Source: Parcubacteria group bacterium (GTDB lineage Bacteria > Patescibacteriota > Minisyncoccia > Phycocordibacterales > UBA2135). From it: 64,000 nt of DNA. The notes under the pieces are model-generated. The model had not been told where the DNA came from. It saw only the letters and a list, made by a program, of their open reading frames with translations, and did not search any database. Of this stretch, positions 45,606 to 54,577 are shown one piece after another. How positions within the stretch are numbered: the first letter of the stretch is position 1; each line of letters starts with the position of its first letter. Both the position numbers and the translations under genes were made by a program. Location: the NCBI GenBank assembly GCA_016204005.1, contig JACQLS010000030.1, forward strand, positions 25,952 through 89,951. Reading direction: 5' to 3'.

Positions 45606-46055
45606 ATGGCACTCGTGAGTAACAAGAAAGCGTATTTTAATTATGAAATCCAGGAAAAACTGGAGGCGGGTATTGAATTACTCGGTCATGAAGTGAAGAC
45701 CTTGAAAGGCGGTCGCGGCTCGCTTGAGGGGGCATATGTGATTACACGCGGAAATGAAATGTTCTTGGTGAATATGCATATTCCACCCTACCAAGTGGGC
45801 AATGTCGGGAAGGACTACGACCCCTATCGGCTTCGAAAACTGTTGTTAAATAAGAAGGAAATCGCTTTACTCACAGGTGTTGAAAAACAGGGGGGGTTGA
45901 CAATCATGCCACTTTCCGTGTATAATAAAGGAAACAAAGTCAAGGTTGAGATAGGCGTTGCGCGCGGAAAGAAAAAATACGACAAGCGCGAAACATTAAA
46001 GCGCCGTGCTACAGAGCGCGACGTAGCAAGAGAAACAAGGTCGCGTTTGAATTAG
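45606..46055 (+). CDS. smpB: SsrA-binding protein SmpB
   Basis: KAYFNYEIQEKLEAGIELLGHEVKTLK...DPYRLRKLLL. Confidence 0.88.
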   Translation: MALVSNKKAYFNYEIQEKLEAGIELLGHEVKTLKGGRGSLEGAYVITRGNEMFLVNMHIPPYQVGNVGKDYDPYRLRKLLLNKKEIALLTGVEKQGGLTIMPLSVYNKGNKVKVEIGVARGKKKYDKRETLKRRATERDVARETRSRLN

Positions 46056-46440
46056 AACATTTACACTCTTGAACATTGAGACGTGGCCCACCTCAGAACG
46101 ACAAGGAGAGCACTTCATGCAAGCCACGACTAAGCCAAGACGGAATCGCCGCCATCCACGAAAAGAGCTTGCCGACGGCACGGACCAAGAGTCCGCACCA
46201 CGGGCCGAGCACTACTTCGACATGCCAACGGAGGACAACGAGGGCTGCGAGCCGCTGATGCTCGAGGACCTACGGGGCGGCCCACAGGGCGGCCCACTGC
46301 CACTTACGGCTATCTTCCCCCGCTAAGCGAGGGATTGGGTCAGGGTCTCTACCGCAAGGATGAGACCCTGACCCCCACTTCTCAATGTTTAAGTTGCCGG
46401 TCCTTCGCCGCTTTCAATCTGTTTCGACTGATTGAAAGCG

Positions 46441-46825
46441 GGGGATGATCGGCTTCGACAAGGGGCGTACTTTGAAACGCGCAGGTAGAGCTGGGATAAC
46501 TCTTAAAAAGGCCCCAAACCATAAGTGCAAACAAATTGCGCTCAATCGTTTCGCCTTACTTTAAGGCGAGCGACTTCGTGTTCGTATACGCTTAAGCGGC
46601 GAACGTGAACGCTCCCACTTTTAATTTCTGGTAGAGAGACGGGAGTGTCATACCACCAGGATAGGCATGCAGATTGCTTCGACTGCTCCGCTGAAACCAA
46701 GAAGCTCGATGCAGTTCGGTTTTGTATGTTTCAGACGCTCTGCATTTAAATCAAAAAACACACTACACCTGTAGATCCGTTTCAATTTTCTCTTTGCATG
46801 CGGGTTCAATTCCCGCCATCTCCAT
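46441..46825 (+). ncRNA. ssrA: tmRNA (transfer-messenger RNA), standard one-piece
   Basis: 5' end GGGGAUGAUCGGCUUCGACAAGGGG matches the tmRNA 5' consensus. 3' end GCGGGTTCAATTCCCGC-CATCTCC-A gives the T-arm plus acceptor 3' strand. The acceptor pairs GGGGAUG/CAUCUCC with a G3:U wobble (alanine identity). It sits immediately downstream of smpB. Confidence 0.85.
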
Positions 46826-46837
46826 CGAATTTTGTTC

Positions 46838-46867
46838 AAAAAGCTCTGATTTCTTTCAGAGCTTTTT
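46838..46867 (+). terminator. Rho-independent terminator of ssrA (aaaaagctctga tttcttt cagagcttttt)
   Basis: Perfect hairpin plus T-run. Confidence 0.7.
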
Positions 46868-46873
46868 GATTTA

Positions 46874-46930
46874 CAAAATTCAGATGGAGATGAGCAAGAC
46901 GCTTTTGCGCCTTGCGTGCGGGAATTGAAC
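46874..46930 (-). repeat. Inverted partial copy of the tmRNA 3' terminus (caaaattcagatggagatg ... gcgggaattgaac), split by a 25-nt insert; forms a large palindrome with the ssrA 3' end around the terminator hairpin
   Basis: Reverse complement of ssrA 46804-46835 recognised by eye. Confidence 0.6.
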
Positions 46931-47028
46931 AGGAAGGGGGTCGGGGAAACACCTGTTTCCCTGTGGAGGAAGGCAGGGCGAAGCCCGTTGGAAAACCGTG
47001 GGTTTCCAAAGAGTGAGATAGCGAAGCG

Positions 47029-47080
47029 TCCCCCCATCTCCACAATTCAAAAACACAGCCGCATATGCGGCTGTGTTTTT
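47029..47080 (+). repeat. Direct repeat of the tmRNA 3' acceptor end (CCCCCCATCTCCA vs CCCGCCATCTCCA, plus similar downstream AATT..CAAAAA) followed by its own perfect hairpin terminator (acacagccgcat/atgcggctgtgt + TTTTT); att-site-like duplicate
   Basis: Read directly from the sequence. Confidence 0.55.
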
Positions 47081-47221
47081 GTAAAGGTGACATTGAATAA
47101 CACAACGTTATGATGAGAATAATTCCTATTCCGCATGGAGTAGGTCGCTCTCTAAACGAGAGTAAGGTCAGAACACCTCCCCTGACTGCATGAGGAGGGC
47201 TCAAAGGAAAGAGGAAGTCGC

Positions 47222-47569
47222 ATGACTTCACCCAAAACCCTAAAGATTGTCGGCGGACCTGGCAGATTTGAACTCTTAGTATCTCAAGGTTTTAATGATC
47301 CTGGCTGTCTCTCCCATACTCCAACAGTTGTTTTCAAGTTTGAGCCAGGGGCAGTCACATACCGCAACTCGAGCATTGAAGTGGAAATAACAGCCCTTGA
47401 ATGTACAGACAGAGTTTTTGGGATTTTCCATTTTCGAGGGAAAGTTCAGTCAAACTGGTATGTAGAGGGCACATATTGTGTCCATAACCACGGCGGTGAG
47501 GTGATACTTCACGCGCCCTCCGCCAACTGGAACGAACGTCTCTTGAAATCAGCAAGCGGCGCTGAATAA
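47222..47569 (+). CDS. Hypothetical protein (115 aa)
   Basis: ORF followed by a terminator hairpin at 47585-47616; no domain recognised. Confidence 0.4.
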   Translation: MTSPKTLKIVGGPGRFELLVSQGFNDPGCLSHTPTVVFKFEPGAVTYRNSSIEVEITALECTDRVFGIFHFRGKVQSNWYVEGTYCVHNHGGEVILHAPSANWNERLLKSASGAE

Positions 47570-47623
47570 TGGAATAAGCCTCGTAAGCCCCGATTCTTAG
47601 TCGGGGCTTTTGTTTACTTATGA

Positions 47624-47962
47624 TTGTTGACACACCACCAATACTCGTGTTACGCTCTTTCGGGCTACCGGGTAGTAGCTTTAGTAACTTCACAACCCAA
47701 ACACGGAGGACCGCGCGTGCACATAGTCGGTGAATGGTGGTTTGTATGGATTATCGGGTGGGCGCTCTGTCTCGCCTATATCATCAACAACCAACTTCGG
47801 CGCATTGGAGGGATGGCCGGCGGCATGCTCCAGGGCAACGTCGGCCATAGCGTTAACAGTTTCAAGAAAGGCCTCTTTGGAATGATGTATGCTGGAGTAG
47901 CCGGCACAATATTCTTTGCACTGTTCGTCGTCGCCGTCTTGTATAACATCTTTGCCGGTTAA
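47624..47962 (+). CDS. Hypothetical small membrane protein (possible GTG start near 47714)
   Basis: Two predicted TM segments; ORF only. Confidence 0.3.
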   Translation: MLTHHQYSCYALSGYRVVALVTSQPKHGGPRVHIVGEWWFVWIIGWALCLAYIINNQLRRIGGMAGGMLQGNVGHSVNSFKKGLFGMMYAGVAGTIFFALFVVAVLYNIFAG

Positions 47963-47977
47963 GGGGGAGTAAGCACA

Positions 47978-48829
47978 ATGTGCATCTCAATGGCTCCTGC
48001 CGCCTTCACGGGCACGAAGATTTGTCTCAACGCGACGAGGGTCCCCGAACTCGGCGGGCTTGTTCATGTGCTCATGTATCAGAACACCGTTGCAAGCTCG
48101 GCCGGGCCGAATGCCATGCTCTTGCACCTCCCCGCGGACGATATCGGGCAGAAGAACTTCATCGACACCCGCAGATTCCCGCACATTTTGGACGACATGG
48201 TTGATGTGATGATGCCGAGAGCTCGCGGTGGCGCAAAAAGCATGGGCGGGACAAGAGAGTTCTCCTCTAGTCGCGTGCAGATGTTTGAGGTTGGTATCTA
48301 TACGATCCTTCTTGCGAGGGATGCGTCCGACATTCCCTCTGCGTTGAACAGGGTGCCGGCAAATAAGCGGCCAAAAGTTAATCGCGCGCTCTTCGACTTC
48401 TACGCGAGCGAGTACCCGGGCTACGCGGTTGCTCTGTGTTGTTTCGACAATAGCAACAGCAAAGAGGCAGAACCGATCATGGTTTGGTACCGACCCGCGA
48501 ACAGAAGCGGGAGGTATCGCCTTCCCGCGCTCGACTGCCATACGGGCGCTGTACCTGATCTCAACGCGCAAGTTCAAACTGATCACTGGGTCTTCATGTC
48601 GACCAATGTCATGCAAGGCGGCCACGGGGTACGGTATCGGGAAGAAGGGGCGATTCCACCCCACGTACGCGCTCTTTTGCCGAATAAGGTCTATGGAGCC
48701 TATTTCGGCGATCGTATGCAGAATGGAGACTTCGGAATCTTACAACCCGAGCACCTTGCGCTCGGAAGCAAAAGTAAAATCACCCGTCTTCCGCCCCCGG
48801 GCAGACAAGCGGCCGCAGTCAACGCCTGA
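47978..48829 (+). CDS. Hypothetical protein (283 aa), GC-richer than surroundings by eye
   Basis: ORF only; no domain recognised. Confidence 0.4.
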   Translation: MCISMAPAAFTGTKICLNATRVPELGGLVHVLMYQNTVASSAGPNAMLLHLPADDIGQKNFIDTRRFPHILDDMVDVMMPRARGGAKSMGGTREFSSSRVQMFEVGIYTILLARDASDIPSALNRVPANKRPKVNRALFDFYASEYPGYAVALCCFDNSNSKEAEPIMVWYRPANRSGRYRLPALDCHTGAVPDLNAQVQTDHWVFMSTNVMQGGHGVRYREEGAIPPHVRALLPNKVYGAYFGDRMQNGDFGILQPEHLALGSKSKITRLPPPGRQAAAVNA

Positions 48830-48959
48830 TCTTTTTGAAGCACCGTCGGTTCAACTAAAATAGTATTTCGGTTTTGATGTCGCACTCCCCGTGAGTGCGA
48901 TTTTGTTTACAAAAAACCACACCGTTTGGGTGTGGAAGATCTTGTGTTTTTACACTCTA

Positions 48960-49763
48960 TCATCTGAAATGGGATGGGGTTCCGTTTTGAAATCCGCGGA
49001 CAATGTAGCGGTCTCCTTGCGGATGTTCGTCATCATGATCAACCAAGTGGCTGTCTGGACACGCAAACAAGAAATCAGCCGGCGTTGTCCCCAAGTTTCT
49101 GAACGAGTGTACTTGTCCCGCTTCAATCAGGAACTCTTCACCGCGGCGCACCATTACGGGGGTGTCCCAAATAACGCTTTTGGTCGTCGCTACGACGATG
49201 CCACGGAACTCAGTCGTCGTTGTCAGGACATGCCCGAAATTCATCTCACCAACACCGTCTTTGAAAACATAAGGTTCGACGCCAAGTGCGTGCAAGTGAG
49301 GAGTGACGAATGGCTGTGTCCCCGTAGCAGTTCTACAAAGAACCCTCGCTCCATAGATGCTGTACGCTTGCCCCCCAACGATAACAGGAGGCTGATCTAG
49401 CTTGGCAACAAAAATACCGGCAGCAGGGTCCATCTTTTTTGCCGCTTCCGCCGCGTTAAGCGCGGTAGTTAGAGTTGCCGTACCGACAGCGTGCATGGCC
49501 CTAAATAAGGCACGTATGTCATCATGATGGACATCAAGGATTTCTTCTACTTCGCTACAATACATCCAACCCAATTCTCCCGGTTTCCCGAGCGGTGCCA
49601 TGTCGACATCATATCCGCCCTCTCTTTTTTGGATTATGTCGAATACCGTGCCCTTATTTTTCTCGAAAAAGCTAGGTACTTTTAGCGGGTGCTGTCGTAC
49701 CAACTTGACCTTCATCGTTTTTCCCTCGGGTCGTTGCGTCGATTCCTCATCGCAATGTAGCAC
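48960..49763 (-). CDS. Hypothetical protein with C-terminal cupin-like fold
   Basis: GEEFLIEAGQVHSFRNLGTTPADFLF resembles the cupin motif G(X)5HXH...G(X)5PXG...N; weak. Confidence 0.35.
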   Translation of the reverse strand: MLHCDEESTQRPEGKTMKVKLVRQHPLKVPSFFEKNKGTVFDIIQKREGGYDVDMAPLGKPGELGWMYCSEVEEILDVHHDDIRALFRAMHAVGTATLTTALNAAEAAKKMDPAAGIFVAKLDQPPVIVGGQAYSIYGARVLCRTATGTQPFVTPHLHALGVEPYVFKDGVGEMNFGHVLTTTTEFRGIVVATTKSVIWDTPVMVRRGEEFLIEAGQVHSFRNLGTTPADFLFACPDSHLVDHDDEHPQGDRYIVRGFQNGTPSHFR

Positions 49764-49871
49764 ACGTTTTTAAAAAGTCAAACTATGGGGTGAATCAAAA
49801 AACTAGAACTACGTGACCCCATTATGTTTTTGGTTTTTAAAAAACCACATCATTGTGATGTGGGTTATTTT

Positions 49872-51107
49872 TTATTCCTTTGGAAAGCGAGAAAGTGCAA
49901 CGATAACCTCTGTAATGTCTTGATACGTGTGAGCGGCGGTGACTTGGAAGCGAATCTCTTCTTCGCCCCGTGGCACGACCGGGTAGGTGATACCCGTCGC
50001 AAGGATTCGGTTTTCGAATAGGTGTGTCACCAATTTTCGCGTCTTCTCTGTGTCGCGCGTAAGCAAGGGAACGATTGGATGTTCATCCCCGATCGTTTCA
50101 AATCCATGTGCCTCGAGTCCGAAGCGCAAATGTTCTGCGAGCTTGCGTGCTATAGCAACGCGCTCCATTCCCTCGCGACTATCTAGGATTTGGAGTGCGC
50201 GCATGGCCGCGCCTGCTTCCCCAGCTGTGATTGGGTTTGAATAAATGTATGTGGGAGCGGTTTCTCTCAAATACTCGATGATAATACCGTCTGCCACCAC
50301 ATAGCCGCCGTTTGCACCAAGCGATTTGCCTAGAGTGCCGATCAACACATCAGCTTTTGCGCCAACATATTCTTCTGTTCCGCGTCCGGTCGGGCCAAAT
50401 GCCCCAACACCGTGAGAATCGTCAACGATTACAAGGACTCCTTCCTCGTACTTGTCGTCATGCTCTCGTGCGATTGCCATGATCTCATCAAGCGGCGCAT
50501 GGTCGCCGCGCATACTGAAGATTCCATCAGTCACTATACAGGCGCGTTTTGCCATAGAGGCGTACTGGTTCAAAGAACCTTCAAGTGCCACGACATCACA
50601 ATGCGGATAGACGACGCTTTTCACGGGACGTGCAAGGCGGATCGCATTGATAATGCTATTGTGATTCAGCTTGTCGCTCACGACGAGCGTTTTGTCCGTG
50701 ATGAGCGCGCTTAGGGTGCCCAGAACAGCAGCGTACGCAGAGCTGAAGAGCATACCACCGTCTCGCCCCGCTCTTCCGTGGAACACGGCGAGTTTGCGCT
50801 CCAACTCGACGTGCTGAGTCGAGGTGCCAGAGATAAAACGTACAGCCCCCGGGCCAACACCAAAAAGGTGTGTTGCGCCGGTTTCTGCCTCGATGACTCG
50901 AGGATCGAAGTCGAGTCCGAGATAGGAATTCGAATTCATCCGCAAGAAGGTTTTATCTCCTTGCCCCAAAAGCATATACCGAGGTCCACGGTCATTCTTG
51001 GCCGGGATTACGGCAAAGATGGTATGCTCATGTCTTTTCGAAGTACCAGATGCATCCAGCTCTGCAAGTTTCGCAGAGAAGACCGGAACAAGCTTGTTCG
51101 TTGGCAT
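49872..51107 (-). CDS. kbl: 2-amino-3-ketobutyrate CoA ligase (glycine C-acetyltransferase) / 8-amino-7-oxononanoate synthase family PLP aminotransferase class II
   Basis: Class-II aminotransferase blocks (SNSYLGL, DDSHGVGAFGPTGRG, PLP-binding GTLGKSLG); paired with an upstream tdh-like gene. Confidence 0.7.
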   Translation of the reverse strand: MPTNKLVPVFSAKLAELDASGTSKRHEHTIFAVIPAKNDRGPRYMLLGQGDKTFLRMNSNSYLGLDFDPRVIEAETGATHLFGVGPGAVRFISGTSTQHVELERKLAVFHGRAGRDGGMLFSSAYAAVLGTLSALITDKTLVVSDKLNHNSIINAIRLARPVKSVVYPHCDVVALEGSLNQYASMAKRACIVTDGIFSMRGDHAPLDEIMAIAREHDDKYEEGVLVIVDDSHGVGAFGPTGRGTEEYVGAKADVLIGTLGKSLGANGGYVVADGIIIEYLRETAPTYIYSNPITAGEAGAAMRALQILDSREGMERVAIARKLAEHLRFGLEAHGFETIGDEHPIVPLLTRDTEKTRKLVTHLFENRILATGITYPVVPRGEEEIRFQVTAAHTYQDITEVIVALSRFPKE

Positions 51108-51121
51108 TGTTACGGACTCCC

Positions 51122-52060
51122 TTATGCCGACAACTTCTCGAGCATGTCCTTGACCATCATTGTGAGATCAAACTCATGTTTCCAACCCCACTCTTGTCGC
51201 GCGATACTGTCATCGAGAGACTGTGGCCACGAATCAGCAATGGCTTGCCGCGCCGGATCAACCGCATAACCCATCGTGAAGTGCGGAATATGTTTTCTGA
51301 TTTCAGCCGCAAGTTCCCGCGGAGTGAAGCTCATGGCTGCAACATTGAACCCGTTACGGTGACTAAGTCTTCCCGCAGGTGTCTCCATAAGCTCAATCGA
51401 TGCGCGCAGAGCGTCCGGCATGTACATCATGGGAAGTGCTGTTCCCGGTTTCAGGAAGCACTCATAGCGTCCTGTTGTAAGCGCGGCGCGAAAGATTTCC
51501 ACGGCATAATCGGTCGTGCCGCCACCGGGCGTGTGCGACCACGAGATGATTCCCGGGTAACGGACACCCCTTGTATCAACACCAAAATGGTCGTGATAAT
51601 AATCGCAGAGGAGTTCCCCCGCGAGCTTGGTGATTCCGTACATCGACGTTGGCCGCTGGATCGTGTCTTGGGGAGTATACCTCCGCGGTGAAAGCGGTCC
51701 AAAAGCACCAATCGAACTCGGGAAGAAGACCGCACACGCGCGCAGGCGCGCAACCTCAAGGACGTTCAGGAGCCCCGACATATTCACATCCCACGCCTTT
51801 AGCGGATCCTTTTCCGCGACAGCGGAGAGTAGCGCCGCAAGGTGGAATATAGTATCAACACCATGGTCTTCAACAATGGAGTCCAATACCATTCGTTCTC
51901 TGATGTCAAAATATTGCCACGGCCCCGCGTGATCAAGCGCGCCTTGGTCACTTGTTGCTACGACATTCTGATTGCCATATCTTTCACGCAGCGCACGTGT
52001 CAAATCGGAACCGACCTGTCCGGCCGCTCCCGTTACCAGAATCTTCCTTTGTTTACCCAT
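51122..52060 (-). CDS. tdh: NAD-dependent epimerase/dehydratase-family L-threonine 3-dehydrogenase-like
   Basis: KILVTGAAGQVGSDL Rossmann motif, catalytic YxxxK (YGITK) and context with kbl; start chosen at MGKQRK, which has a GAAGAGGA SD. Confidence 0.6.
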   Translation of the reverse strand: MGKQRKILVTGAAGQVGSDLTRALRERYGNQNVVATSDQGALDHAGPWQYFDIRERMVLDSIVEDHGVDTIFHLAALLSAVAEKDPLKAWDVNMSGLLNVLEVARLRACAVFFPSSIGAFGPLSPRRYTPQDTIQRPTSMYGITKLAGELLCDYYHDHFGVDTRGVRYPGIISWSHTPGGGTTDYAVEIFRAALTTGRYECFLKPGTALPMMYMPDALRASIELMETPAGRLSHRNGFNVAAMSFTPRELAAEIRKHIPHFTMGYAVDPARQAIADSWPQSLDDSIARQEWGWKHEFDLTMMVKDMLEKLSA

Positions 52061-52195
52061 GTTCCTCTTCACGCCTCGCGTGGTATCCAAGAATCTCGTT
52101 TTAGAGTATCAGTGCCGACCCCCCTGTCAAGCAGATTGCTTAAGTCTTCTCTATGTGGAAAAGACAGCTATTCCCTAGGGGGTTTTATTGCTATC

Positions 52196-52612
52196 ATGGA
52201 CATATCGCACAAGGCGCCCATTTTCATGCCAGAAGGGATTCCTACAGACAAGAAAATACTCATTGTTGAAGACGATTTGTTTTTAAGCGACCTTCTTGCG
52301 AAGCGTTTAGGAAAAGAGGGTTTTCATTTTGCCATAAAGTTAGACGGGGAAACCGGCTTGGAAGAAGCGCGCAAAACACATCCCAACCTCATTCTGCTCG
52401 ACCTCCTTCTTCCTGGCATGGACGGGTATGAAGTGCTCCGCCAGATTAAGGCGGATAACGCTCTCAAGGACATTCCCGTGCTGATCGTCTCAAACCTTGG
52501 CCAAAAAGAGGAAGTGGATAAGGGGATGCAGCTCGGCGCGGCAGGCTTCCTTGTTAAGGCGCACGTCGACCTGGACGATATTGTCGCAAAGATTCAGCAA
52601 TTTCTTAAATAG
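52196..52612 (+). CDS. Single-domain response regulator (CheY-like receiver)
   Basis: KILIVEDDLFLSDLL...LILLDLLLPGMDGYEVLRQIK...PVLIVSNLG receiver signature with conserved D/D/K. Confidence 0.75.
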   Translation: MDISHKAPIFMPEGIPTDKKILIVEDDLFLSDLLAKRLGKEGFHFAIKLDGETGLEEARKTHPNLILLDLLLPGMDGYEVLRQIKADNALKDIPVLIVSNLGQKEEVDKGMQLGAAGFLVKAHVDLDDIVAKIQQFLK

Positions 52613-52694
52613 GAGACATTATATAACGTATTATTAATAAATAGAGATCAGTTCGAAGCGCGTTGCGCGGAGGTGATCTCACAAAGATTAGAGT

Positions 52695-53387
52695 ATGGGA
52701 CATTTTTTAGTTTTATTACCGCTCCTCATTATTGCGTCAGCGTTCTTGCACCGGGCGTATAAGAAGGATCCGGACAACCTCTACGCGCACTACTTCAGAA
52801 ACTTTGCCGTGGTGTGGACGGGGTGTACATTAATTGGCGCCACGGCGGTCGTCGTCGGGGGGACTGTCTACGCGCAGCTCATGGGAGCCGCGTTTAGTTT
52901 GCCGCTTCACTATTTTGCAAGCGCCTACCTCGTTCTCTTGGCATTCGCTTTGTACAAGAAGCATGGGATTCTCCCCAAGATTATCGTAGGTCTCATTATT
53001 GCCGCAGGTGCCTTCATAGGTTCCGTCATATTCTTTAAGGCAAACAACCTTTTTGGTTCACTGGGACCGTTGCAGGGCCTTTATGAAGCAACATTCAAGA
53101 ACTTTGCGTATGTACGCTTGAGCCTTCTCACGGGAATATTGATTCCACTCGGACTTTTCTTCTTGAGTGAATCATTGAGAGCAGTCAGTAAGCGGGTTCG
53201 TATGCGCGCGCTCCTTATTGGTCTCGGAACAATCGTTATAGGTGTTTTTGGAGGAATTCACGTGTTCCTTGGGCCGGTTCCCATAGCATTTAAAGTCCAC
53301 TGGGCAGACCTTGTCGTTCCGCTCGGCTTTCTCCTCGTCTTTATTGGGCTTGTCTACGGTAAGACACCCTCTGCTGGGGAGAAATAG
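52695..53387 (+). CDS. Hypothetical polytopic membrane protein (230 aa)
   Basis: Six or more hydrophobic helices; no motif recognised. Confidence 0.4.
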   Translation: MGHFLVLLPLLIIASAFLHRAYKKDPDNLYAHYFRNFAVVWTGCTLIGATAVVVGGTVYAQLMGAAFSLPLHYFASAYLVLLAFALYKKHGILPKIIVGLIIAAGAFIGSVIFFKANNLFGSLGPLQGLYEATFKNFAYVRLSLLTGILIPLGLFFLSESLRAVSKRVRMRALLIGLGTIVIGVFGGIHVFLGPVPIAFKVHWADLVVPLGFLLVFIGLVYGKTPSAGEK

Positions 53388-53421
53388 GACAATGCAGGTT
53401 CCGCCCCAACTCTAATACCAT

Positions 53422-54471
53422 ATGGAAGCTGAAGAAAATCGCATATCCCCCGAAGGGTTGATTAAGGAAAACCTACTGACGCTTTCTGCCGGGCTTATTA
53501 TCGGCGCCTATGCAGGAATAGCATTTGTTGGGTTTTTCTTGTATGAAGTACCGCCGCGCGATATTGAATCGTTTGAAATATTTTTCAACGAAGTATCGGC
53601 ATCGGGGAAAAAATTTTTTGAGTTTCTCATACTCTTCAGCGCGTTTTCTTTCCTTGGGGCGCTTGCGAGCTATGGCCTTGTCCTCACGCGGATGGTGAAG
53701 AAGCTTCGGAGAGAAGTCGTCGTCGTTCGTACGGTAGATAAATCAAAAGACCAATTCATCTCGATGGTGCTTCACCATATCAGAACTCCACTCGCTGGTA
53801 TCAAATGGAGTATCAAAGAAGCGTTCAAGGAAGCAGAGAAGCAAAGCCTTGGCAACGACGGCGTCAAAAGTATCCAAGACGTACTTATGGAGAACGAGCG
53901 AGTACTTACCGCTGTCGAGCATTTGATAGAAGCGTCACAAGCGAGCATGGGCAGGGTGACGTATAACTTCAAAGTGGTTCCCGTACAGGACGTCGTAACC
54001 CGCATCAAAGAAATTGTTGCTTCCCTCGGGGCGCTCGTGAACGCAAAGGGGATTTCGCTCCGATCTAATATTACATCTCCATCGAAAGCTTCGATAAAGG
54101 TTGATATGGAGAAGGTCGCCATTAGCGTTCAAACGCTTTTTGAAAATGCCGTGTCCTACACAGACACAGGCGGCTCGATAACGGTAGAGACCGAAGAGGT
54201 TGCTTCTCATTTTATCTTTCGCATTGCTGACACCGGCATTGGGATTCCCAAAGAAGAACAGGGTAAAATCTTTCAACAGTTTTTTAGGTCCGAGAGCGCG
54301 CGACGAAAGGACCCAGGTGGGTTTGGTGTCGGACTCTTCATTGTAAAGACGTTCTTGAAAGAACATGGTGGTGATATCTGGTTTACTTCAGAAGCGGGGA
54401 AGGGGACAACGTTCAGTTTTAAAATCCCCCTCATCACCTCCGAGACTGAAAAACATTTAGAAAAACTCTGA
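53422..54471 (+). CDS. Sensor histidine kinase (2 TM + HisKA + HATPase_c)
   Basis: H-box SMVLHHIRTPLAGIKWS, N-box/G-boxes DTGIGIPKEEQGKIFQQFFR...GGFGVGLFIVK...GKGTTFSF. Confidence 0.75.
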   Translation: MEAEENRISPEGLIKENLLTLSAGLIIGAYAGIAFVGFFLYEVPPRDIESFEIFFNEVSASGKKFFEFLILFSAFSFLGALASYGLVLTRMVKKLRREVVVVRTVDKSKDQFISMVLHHIRTPLAGIKWSIKEAFKEAEKQSLGNDGVKSIQDVLMENERVLTAVEHLIEASQASMGRVTYNFKVVPVQDVVTRIKEIVASLGALVNAKGISLRSNITSPSKASIKVDMEKVAISVQTLFENAVSYTDTGGSITVETEEVASHFIFRIADTGIGIPKEEQGKIFQQFFRSESARRKDPGGFGVGLFIVKTFLKEHGGDIWFTSEAGKGTTFSFKIPLITSETEKHLEKL

Positions 54472-54577
54472 GCATAGCGCCTACGCAAAGCTCCTGTGGG
54501 ATTGACCACGGGAGCTTTTTGTACTACAACAGTGGCAGAACGTGTGGGCGAATAAACGCCCTTACGAGGAGAGCGGC

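Noticed and set aside
46069-46326. 85-aa ORF in the smpB-ssrA spacer
   Set aside because: Low-complexity and GC-driven, with no RBS or promoter. More plausibly non-coding leader or foreign DNA; kept as a finding about the spacer rather than a CDS.
46648-47231. ORFs 46648..47043(-), 46722..46928(+), 46836..47231(-), 46916..47113(+) in the ORF track
   Set aside because: They overlap the tmRNA gene, its terminator and the att-like repeats. They are low-complexity, have no start context and are mutually overlapping. Treated as non-coding.
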